Positions 7,490-14,024 of a DNA stretch of 14,024 bases are shown in pieces. The DNA is from Candidatus Zixiibacteriota bacterium (lineage in GTDB: Bacteria; Zixibacteria; MSB-5A5; CAIYYT01). Made by a program: the position numbers and the translations under genes. Position 1 is the stretch's first letter; every line of letters begins with the position of its first letter. The DNA is taken from NCBI GenBank assembly GCA_040235515.1, contig JBECKX010000007.1:1-14024 (forward strand), read 5' to 3'. Under the pieces are notes generated by a model. The model was not told the DNA's origin and did not search any database. It was given only the letters and a program-made list of their open reading frames with translations.

Positions 7490-8158
7490 ATGAACAAGAG
7501 AGTTATTGTATCCCTGATTTGCGTTCTCTCGCTGCTGCTCGTTGGCTCAGCGATGGCTGACAACCCGGTCGCAAAAGGTAAGTGGATGATCGCTGGTTCA
7601 TCCAACGCCGGCTTTGCCGTGGCTGGTGGTGATCTGAATAAGCCGGAGGGCTCAGATACTCCCAGCTATTTCAACTTCAGCCCATGTCTCGCGTACGCAA
7701 TTGCCCCCGGTATCTTCATCGGTGCCGCTGTCGAGTTTGATTACTTCAAGCAGGGCGACCAGAAGGATAGCTTCTGGGGTATTGGCCCAAAGATAGCTTG
7801 GTTCCCGACTGCCAAGAACGCCGATGAGCCGAAGGGCAAGATTTTGCCATTTCTGTCAGGTATGTTCATCTACGGCCAGGACAAATCCGACAGCCCGAAG
7901 AATGACTCTGAGTTCCTGCCCAAGGTGAGTGCAGTGAATGAAACAGAGTATAAGGCTACTGAGTGGTTTGCTCACTTTGCCGGTGGCGGTGTCTGGATGC
8001 TTTCAAACTCCGTCGGCCTTCATGGCAATGCCTACTTCGAGCTTCAGAATCGGAAGGTTAAGACCTTCGATTTCGTAGATGTTGAAGCGGATGGCGAAAG
8101 TGGAAATGAGTTTGGAATCGAGATCGGTGTGACCGGTTTCTTCGGAACCGCTAAATAA
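7490..8158 (+). CDS. Outer-membrane beta-barrel protein 2
   Basis: AAAGGA RBS at 7478-7483 before ATG 7490; signal peptide ending AMA; KGKWMIAGS start, FNFSPCLAYAI, WGIGPKIAWF, LPFLSG, final strand FGIEIGVTGFF. Confidence 0.8.
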   Translation: MNKRVIVSLICVLSLLLVGSAMADNPVAKGKWMIAGSSNAGFAVAGGDLNKPEGSDTPSYFNFSPCLAYAIAPGIFIGAAVEFDYFKQGDQKDSFWGIGPKIAWFPTAKNADEPKGKILPFLSGMFIYGQDKSDSPKNDSEFLPKVSAVNETEYKATEWFAHFAGGGVWMLSNSVGLHGNAYFELQNRKVKTFDFVDVEADGESGNEFGIEIGVTGFFGTAK

Positions 8159-8193
8159 GCTTCGATCTTTTCGGGCAATAGTTCGCAATTCCC

Positions 8194-8229
8194 AAGCGGC
8201 AGGCTATTCCGGCCTGCCGCTTTCTTTTT
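8194..8229 (+). terminator. Rho-independent terminator after beta-barrel 2
   Basis: AAGCGGCAGGC-tattccg-GCCTGCCGCTT followed by TCTTTTT. Confidence 0.88.
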
Positions 8230-8256
8230 GCCTCCGATTTTGTTTCAATTTGTCCC

Positions 8257-8283
8257 TAAATGAAACTCAGAGTTTGCCGATAG
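8257..8283 (+). promoter_or_regulatory. Sigma28 (FliA/SigD/WhiG)-type promoter
   Basis: TAAA (8257-8260), 15-nt spacer, GCCGATAG (8276-8283) versus consensus TAAA-N15-GCCGATAA. Lies between a terminator and the AAGGAG RBS at 8293-8298. Confidence 0.72.
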
Positions 8284-8304
8284 CTAACTGTGAAGGAGAG
8301 AACT

Positions 8305-9003
8305 ATGACCAAACTTTGCACACTCGTTTCAGTACTAACTCTGAGTCTCTTGCTGGTTGGCAGCCTTGCCACCCACGCCGAGGCAGCAGTCTATACCGAC
8401 GATGATCGCACCGGACAGTTCTTCCTTTGCCCGATGATCGGTTTGAGCATCCCGGTGGGTGCGCTCGCCGATGCTAACTACGACCAGGTCTATGCCAGCT
8501 GGCGGAAAGAGGGTATCAGCCTGACAGGTGCGGTGGGGCTTTATATCACCAACTCATCGATTGTTGGGCTGGAGATGTCCTATTCGACCTTTAATCCACG
8601 CGACCTCGCGATCTTCCGCAACGATGTCGACCGTTCGCGTGTCCGCGTCCGCCGCTTTGGCGGCTATTTCCAGTATCTCGTCGTCCCGAATGGCCGGCTG
8701 CGACCCTTCATCAAACTGGGAGCAGGATTCTTCGAGATTGAGCGTATCTCCATGCCGCAACCCGGTACCACACCCCTCAACTACCGCGACTATACCCTCG
8801 GCGCCAAACCGGTTATGTCGGGTGGTGTCGGCGTCATGGCTAACGTCAACTCACTGCTCAGCCTGCAATTCTCAATCGAGGGAGTGAGCCTCAACTCATT
8901 CTCAGCCGCCTGGGATACCGAAGGTCAAACGCTGGGGCCTTTGCGTAAGAACATGCTCTTCTTCCCGGTGTACGCTTCAATCAGCTATCATTTCGTAAAC
9001 TAG
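8305..9003 (+). CDS. Outer-membrane beta-barrel protein 3
   Basis: AAGGAG RBS before ATG 8305; signal peptide ending AEA; GLSIPVG, IVGLEMSYSTF, LRPFIKLGAG, GGVGVM, terminal strand YASISYHF. Confidence 0.8.
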   Translation: MTKLCTLVSVLTLSLLLVGSLATHAEAAVYTDDDRTGQFFLCPMIGLSIPVGALADANYDQVYASWRKEGISLTGAVGLYITNSSIVGLEMSYSTFNPRDLAIFRNDVDRSRVRVRRFGGYFQYLVVPNGRLRPFIKLGAGFFEIERISMPQPGTTPLNYRDYTLGAKPVMSGGVGVMANVNSLLSLQFSIEGVSLNSFSAAWDTEGQTLGPLRKNMLFFPVYASISYHFVN

Positions 9004-9016
9004 AAGACCAACCGGC

Positions 9017-9097
9017 GAACACACCCCGTCTCGAACACCGAACAAGTTCGTACACGAGTCGTTCGCGCAGCGAATCACTCGGGGACGGGGTGTGTTC
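9017..9097. repeat. Inverted repeat enclosing two internal hairpins (possible terminator, structured RNA or REP-like element)
   Basis: Perfect 14-bp arms GAACACACCCCGTC (9017-9030) and GACGGGGTGTGTTC (9084-9097). Confidence 0.7.
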
Positions 9098-9192
9098 TTC
9101 CTTACACGCGCACCAATTCCCCGATTTTTATTGCGTCAAACCACTCTCTTTATTTCATTGCGGCGGTATTTTAGAGGCTCAACGGAGGAATA

Positions 9193-9942
9193 ATGTCTGG
9201 TCATTCCAAATGGTCGACAATTAAGCGCAAAAAAGGCAAAGCTGATGCCGCGCGCGGCAAGCTCTTTACCAAACTGATTAAAGAAATCACTGTGGCTGCA
9301 CGTGAGGGGGGCGGGGATGTCGATTCGAATCCACGCCTGCGAACCGCTGTGCAGACCGCCAAAGATAACAGCATGCCCAATGACAATATCGAACGTGCCA
9401 TCAAGAAGGGCACCGGTGAGCTGGAGGGCGCCAGCTACGAGGATGTCAGCTATGAGGGCTATGGTCCCGGCGGCGTCGCTGTAATCGTCACGACTCTCAC
9501 CGACAATAGGAACCGCACCGTTGCCGAGATCCGCCACCTCTTCAGCAAGTACAATGGTAACCTCGGCGAGAATGGCTGTGTTGCCTGGATGTTCGACAAG
9601 ATCGGGCTGATCCAGGTGGAAAAAGCACGTATCCCGGAGGATGATCTGTTGGAAATCGTCCTTGAGGCTGGCGCTACCGATATGTCGACGGAGGATGATC
9701 TCTACGAAATCACAACTCCGCCGGAGGCCTTCGAGTCCGTGCGTTCCGCACTGGAAGCGAAGAGTATACCGGTTGCCAGCGCCGAGATCACGATGACCCC
9801 TCAGACTACCGTAAAACTGGAAGGCAAACACGCCGAGCAGATGATCAAGCTGTATGAGGCGTTCGACGATAACGACGACGTTCAGAAGGTGTACGCCAAC
9901 TTCGATATCGACGAAGAGACGCTGGAGCAGCTGAGCAACTGA
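9193..9942 (+). CDS. yebC: YebC/PmpR (TACO1) family protein
   Basis: [55 protein letters not shown]; classic position upstream of ruvC. Confidence 0.97.
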   Translation: MSGHSKWSTIKRKKGKADAARGKLFTKLIKEITVAAREGGGDVDSNPRLRTAVQTAKDNSMPNDNIERAIKKGTGELEGASYEDVSYEGYGPGGVAVIVTTLTDNRNRTVAEIRHLFSKYNGNLGENGCVAWMFDKIGLIQVEKARIPEDDLLEIVLEAGATDMSTEDDLYEITTPPEAFESVRSALEAKSIPVASAEITMTPQTTVKLEGKHAEQMIKLYEAFDDNDDVQKVYANFDIDEETLEQLSN

Positions 9943-10418
9943 TGCGCATTCTCGGCATTGACCCCGGCCTGGCTGTAACCGGGTTCGGGCTTGTCGAAGT
10001 AACTGGACGGGGGGTTGAGGTCGTGAGCAGCGGCTGTTTCCGAACTAACCGCGGCGAAATCGCTGATCGCCTCCTCAAGATTTCTAACGCTATTTCAGAG
10101 TTGTTGAGCAGGGAAAGGCCGGATGAGGTCGCTCTGGAAGAGGGCTTCTACGGCAAGAACGTCAAAGTCGCCATGTCACTTGGACAGGCACGCGGAGTCG
10201 TGCTCCTGGCATGTGCCACTAAGAAAATCCCGTTGTTTGAATATTCACCCAGGGAGATCAAGCAGTCCGTGGTCGGTAATGGCGCCGCTGCCAAGGAACA
10301 GGTCAGCTTCATGATTACAAAGCTTCTCAACCTTAAAGAGCCGCCGCAACCGCTCGATGTGTCCGACGCCCTCGCGATTGCGTATTGTCATTGCCAGAAG
10401 CGGAGGGCTGCAGTTTGA
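9942..10418 (+). CDS. ruvC: Holliday junction resolvase RuvC
   Basis: ILGIDPG, VALEEGFY, LGQARG, EYSPREIKQSVVGNGAAAKEQV, DVSDALAIA; TGATG overlap with yebC. Confidence 0.97.
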   Translation: MRILGIDPGLAVTGFGLVEVTGRGVEVVSSGCFRTNRGEIADRLLKISNAISELLSRERPDEVALEEGFYGKNVKVAMSLGQARGVVLLACATKKIPLFEYSPREIKQSVVGNGAAAKEQVSFMITKLLNLKEPPQPLDVSDALAIAYCHCQKRRAAV

Positions 10419-11008
10419 TCTCAACATTGAAGGGCAAGCTCGTGTTCAAATCCCCCGACAGGGCGGAGATCCTGGTCGGCGGCGTCGGATTCAAGGTGTT
10501 GATTCCGGTATCGACCTATCGCCAGTTGCCCGATCTGGAGAGCGAAATCACACTGCACACCTCGATGCAGGTGCGTGAGAATGCAATCGAGCTGATGGGA
10601 TTTGCATCCACGGTTGAGCGCGAAGTCTTCGAACTGCTGATCCAGGTTTCCGGCGTCGGGCCGCGGCTGGCGTTGACGATCATCTCCGGGCTCAAGATCG
10701 AGGATCTGGTGCGGTCGATCCTGGACGAGGATAAGACCCTGCTTTCGACTATCAGCGGCATCGGACCCAAAACCGCAGGCAGATTAGTTCTTGAGTTGAA
10801 GGAAAAAATCGGTAAGATAATGTCACTGAGCGAAATCGCGGCTTCACACCGTCCCTCTCAGGTTGAGGAAGCTGTTCTGGCGCTTGAGGCGCTCGGTTTT
10901 GGGCATTATGAGGCGAAACGTTCAGTGGAGAGTGCTGTAAAAGCGATAGGTGATAAACATACTTCGGACGTACTTATCAGGGAAGCACTGAAGACCGCAG
11001 CTCGCTAG
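10415..11008 (+). CDS. ruvA: Holliday junction branch migration protein RuvA
   Basis: TTG start at 10415 overlapping the ruvC stop, GGAGG at 10402-10406; MISTLKGKL, VGGVGF, HhH motifs VSGVGPRLAL and ISGIGPKTA, C-terminal ALEALGF. Confidence 0.96.
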   Translation: MISTLKGKLVFKSPDRAEILVGGVGFKVLIPVSTYRQLPDLESEITLHTSMQVRENAIELMGFASTVEREVFELLIQVSGVGPRLALTIISGLKIEDLVRSILDEDKTLLSTISGIGPKTAGRLVLELKEKIGKIMSLSEIAASHRPSQVEEAVLALEALGFGHYEAKRSVESAVKAIGDKHTSDVLIREALKTAAR

Positions 11009-11096
11009 TTCGTTGTGCGGCTGATTGTCGATCAGCCGCGGTTGAGCGCATCAGGGTTTGACTGCAAGGATGAATTGACCAACTAATCTCAGATCA

Positions 11097-12119
11097 ATGG
11101 CAGACCGTCTCACAACACCGGCAATCATACAGGGCGAAGTAGAGTACGACGTTACTCTCCGCCCGACCCGATTCGATGACTTCATCGGACAGGACAAGAC
11201 TGTCGAGAACCTGAAGGTATTCATCGAAGCTGCCAAGCAGCGAGGTGAACCTCTGGATCACGCCTTGTTTTACGGTCCGCCCGGACTCGGTAAAACTACG
11301 CTCGCATTCATCATTGCGAGTGAACTGGGAGTTAATATCAAGGCTACCTCCGGGCCCGTGCTGGAGAAAGCTGCTGATCTGGCCGGTATTCTGACAAACC
11401 TCGATGAACGGGATGTCATCTTTATCGATGAAATCCATCGTATCAATAAGGTAGTCGAGGAGTATCTCTATTCGGCGATGGAGGACTTCACACTCGATAT
11501 CATGATCGACAAGGGGCCGGCGGCGCGTTCCGTCAAACTCCCCCTTAAGCCCTTTACGCTAATCGGTGCCACGACCCGTGCGGGGTTGCTGACATCACCG
11601 ATGCGCGCGAGGTTTGGTGTTGTCGGTCGGTTGGACTACTACGGCACCGACGATCTCGGTTCGATCATCAGACGTTCGGCACGTTTGCTCGAGGTGGGGC
11701 TCGAGAACGGTGGCTGCGAACAGATCGCGCGTCGTTCTCGTGGCACACCCCGTATCGCCAATCGCCTCCTCCGCCGCGTTCGAGATTTTGCACAGGTGCG
11801 CGGCGACGGCAACATCACCGAATCCCTCGCCGCAGAAAGCCTCGAGAGCCTCGATGTGGACGAACTTGGGCTCGACGAGATGGACAAGAAAATATTGTCT
11901 GTGCTGATAGAGAAATTCTCCGGAGGGCCGGTGGGACTTAATAGCCTGGCAGTTGCCGTTGGGGAGGATGCAGAAACCCTGGAGGAGATCTATGAGCCGT
12001 TTCTGATTCAGGAAGGATTGTTGGATAGAACGCCAAGGGGGCGCGTTGCAACCGACGCCGCTTACCGTCACTTCAAGTTTGAAGTAAAATCTTCAGATAA
12101 GCAGGGGCGGCTGCTGTAG
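11097..12119 (+). CDS. ruvB: Holliday junction branch migration ATPase RuvB
   Basis: LRP..F..FIGQ, Walker A GPPGLGKT, Walker [41 protein letters not shown]. Confidence 0.98.
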   Translation: MADRLTTPAIIQGEVEYDVTLRPTRFDDFIGQDKTVENLKVFIEAAKQRGEPLDHALFYGPPGLGKTTLAFIIASELGVNIKATSGPVLEKAADLAGILTNLDERDVIFIDEIHRINKVVEEYLYSAMEDFTLDIMIDKGPAARSVKLPLKPFTLIGATTRAGLLTSPMRARFGVVGRLDYYGTDDLGSIIRRSARLLEVGLENGGCEQIARRSRGTPRIANRLLRRVRDFAQVRGDGNITESLAAESLESLDVDELGLDEMDKKILSVLIEKFSGGPVGLNSLAVAVGEDAETLEEIYEPFLIQEGLLDRTPRGRVATDAAYRHFKFEVKSSDKQGRLL

Positions 12120-12196
12120 CTGTACACTACGGCGGTAAGGCGCAAGTCGATGGCCTACGCCGGATAGTTCGAAAGAAAACGTTAGAAAGCAGGGAA

Positions 12197-13216
12197 ATGG
12201 AAAAGATAGGATACGATTTACCGCCGCAGTTGATTGCGCAGCATCCGACCGAGAAACGTGATGCCTGCAAGCTCCTCAGGTTGGCAAAAGACTCAGGTGA
12301 AATCAGCGAACACATATTCAGTGAGATAGTTGACCTTCTCAAACCGGACGACCTGCTGGTGCTAAATGATACCATGGTTCGCAACGCGCGCCTTTATGGT
12401 GTCGGAGGGCACGCCGGACGCAAGGTCGAGTTGTTCCTGGTCGAGAAGTTATCCGAGGAGGATTGGATCTGCCTCGTGCGCCCCGGGAAGAAAGCAAAGG
12501 TTGGTGACAAATTCTATTTCTCCGCGCGCGAGTACGCCGAGATCGTCAGCATCCTCCCGGATGGATCGCGGCGCGTCAAGATGCATGGCGGGCCCGCCAA
12601 CCAGATCATGGAAATGTTCGGGCATGTCCCTCTGCCGCCCTACATCAAGCGCGAAGATACGGCCGTGGACAAGAAAATGTATCAGACGGTCTATGCAGAG
12701 GGTGGATTCTCTATCGCAGCGCCCACTGCCGGTCTGCACTTCACCGAGGAACTGCTTGAGTCGATCAGGGAGCGCGGTGTTGAAGTCGCCAAGATCCGCC
12801 TCGATGTCGGACGCGGTACATTCAAGCCGATTGAGACGACAACCTATGAGAAGCATGAGATGGATGCCGAAGAGTATTGGATCACGGAGGACGCCGCCGC
12901 TCTGATCAGCAAAGCTAAGGCGGATGGACGCAGGGTCGTCGCGGTCGGATCGACCGTCACTCGCACGCTGGAGGGCTGTTTCGCCACCAATGGTGAGATA
13001 ATCGCCACCCACGATGAGACCGACCTGTTTATCTATCCCGGTTTCAAGTTCAATGTCGTTGATGCGTTAATTACCAATTTCCACTTGCCGGAATCCTCTC
13101 TATTGGCGATGGTGGCAGCGTTCGCCGGGGTAGATCACATTCTCAACGCTTACAATTTTGCCGTCGAGAATGAATATCGCTTCTACTCCTATGGCGATGC
13201 TATGTTCATTGAATAG
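12197..13216 (+). CDS. queA: S-adenosylmethionine:tRNA ribosyltransferase-isomerase QueA
   Basis: YDLPPQLIAQHP, LVLNDT, GHVPLPPYIKR, YQTVYA, AAPTAGLHFT, TNFHLPESSLL, YRFYSYGDAM. Confidence 0.95.
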   Translation: MEKIGYDLPPQLIAQHPTEKRDACKLLRLAKDSGEISEHIFSEIVDLLKPDDLLVLNDTMVRNARLYGVGGHAGRKVELFLVEKLSEEDWICLVRPGKKAKVGDKFYFSAREYAEIVSILPDGSRRVKMHGGPANQIMEMFGHVPLPPYIKREDTAVDKKMYQTVYAEGGFSIAAPTAGLHFTEELLESIRERGVEVAKIRLDVGRGTFKPIETTTYEKHEMDAEEYWITEDAAALISKAKADGRRVVAVGSTVTRTLEGCFATNGEIIATHDETDLFIYPGFKFNVVDALITNFHLPESSLLAMVAAFAGVDHILNAYNFAVENEYRFYSYGDAMFIE

Positions 13217-13239
13217 GTGCTGCGGTCAAATTGTCACAA

Positions 13240-13965
13240 ATGAAGAATTACGCTATCATCACTGCTGCGGGCAGGAGCCAACGCCTCCCCGGCGCCGTAC
13301 CAAAGCAGTTTCGCCCGATCGGCTCAAAACCTCTGCTCAGCTGGACCGTCGAGAAGTTCGAACGCTGCTCCTCGATCGATGCGATCCTCCTGGTCGTCGC
13401 GGAGGAGGATCTGATCTATACCTCGGAAGCAGTCGTCGACCGCTGCAATTTCCAGAAAGTCATCAAGATAGTCCCGGGCGGCAGGACCCGCTTTGATTCC
13501 ATCCTGCGCGGCTTGCGCGCCGTGCCGGAAGAGGCCAACCTGGTCTTCGTCCATGATGGTGTTCGCCCGCTGGTGCCGGTGGATGATATCAGCCGGGTTG
13601 GGGCGGAGGCGGAAATCCACGATGCCGCTATTCTCGCAACTCAGCAGGTGGAAACGCTCAAGCGTGGCGAGGGAGGGTATGTGATCGCAACTCTCGATCG
13701 CGAGCGCATCTGGGTGGCGCAGACGCCACAGGTCTTCAAGTATGAAGCGATCATCTCCGCCTACATCCAGGCGCTTGACGATGATCGCGAATTCACGGAT
13801 GATGCCTCTGTCTGCGAGGCATACGGTATCAGCGTTCGCATCGTGGAAGGCAACAGCTGCAATATCAAAGTAACCACCCCGACCGATCTTGAACTCGCCC
13901 GACAGCTTCTCCTGCAGGAGGCTGAAGCGGCTTCCAGCAGCGCCAGGGCAGGTAATACCGGATGA
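13240..13965 (+). CDS. ispD: 2-C-methyl-D-erythritol 4-phosphate cytidylyltransferase
   Basis: AIITAAGRSQR, PKQF, GGRTRFDS, HDGVRP, AQTPQVF, TDDAS, NIKVTTPTDL; followed by ispF. Start is ATG 13240 or TTG 13231. Confidence 0.93.
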   Translation: MKNYAIITAAGRSQRLPGAVPKQFRPIGSKPLLSWTVEKFERCSSIDAILLVVAEEDLIYTSEAVVDRCNFQKVIKIVPGGRTRFDSILRGLRAVPEEANLVFVHDGVRPLVPVDDISRVGAEAEIHDAAILATQQVETLKRGEGGYVIATLDRERIWVAQTPQVFKYEAIISAYIQALDDDREFTDDASVCEAYGISVRIVEGNSCNIKVTTPTDLELARQLLLQEAEAASSSARAGNTG

Positions 13966-14024
13966 TCCGAATCGGCTCAGGCTTTGATGTCCACGCTTTT
14001 GCGGTCGGCAGGAAGCTATTCCTC
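13962..14024 (+). CDS. ispF: 2-C-methyl-D-erythritol 2,4-cyclodiphosphate synthase (3'-truncated by window edge; absent from ORF track)
   Basis: ATGA overlap with the ispD stop; translates MIRIGSGFDVHAFAVGRKLFL, matching the IspF N-terminal RIGxGxDVH motif. Confidence 0.92.
   Translation, partial: MIRIGSGFDVHAFAVGRKLFL

Noticed and set aside
7218..7605. Short ORFs upstream of beta-barrel 2
   Set aside because: No RBS or protein-like features; the region reads better as regulatory DNA.
9033..9064. GAAC/GTTC motifs as a LexA box upstream of the ruv operon
   Set aside because: Spacings fit neither GAAC-N4-GTTC nor GTTC-N7-GTTC; they are better explained by the hairpins.
9193..12119. yebC-ruvCAB clustering as a novelty
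   Set aside because: This is a well-known, widely conserved gene order.

Overview
Bacterial chromosomal window from a diderm organism (outer-membrane beta-barrels present). It has moderately high GC and is almost entirely + strand. Gene order: 5'-truncated ornithine aminotransferase (rocD-like), a secreted TolB/PD40-like repeat protein, a GT4 glycosyltransferase, a small minus-strand flagellar rod/hook D0-like protein, a stand-alone EF-G2-type elongation factor paralog, three tandem divergent outer-membrane beta-barrel genes separated by terminator-like hairpins, then the housekeeping run yebC-ruvC-ruvA-ruvB-queA-ispD-ispF (ispF 3'-truncated). I found no mobile element, CRISPR array, tRNA or rRNA. 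The most notable items are the beta-barrel array (near-consensus sigma28 promoter on the third gene, shared signal-peptide motif, long repeat-containing leader on the first), a three-way-junction inverted repeat upstream of yebC, the orphan flagellar-like mini-protein, and a QueA with several substitutions in normally conserved motifs. All calls are by eye, with no database searches, and I cannot claim a demonstrably new system.
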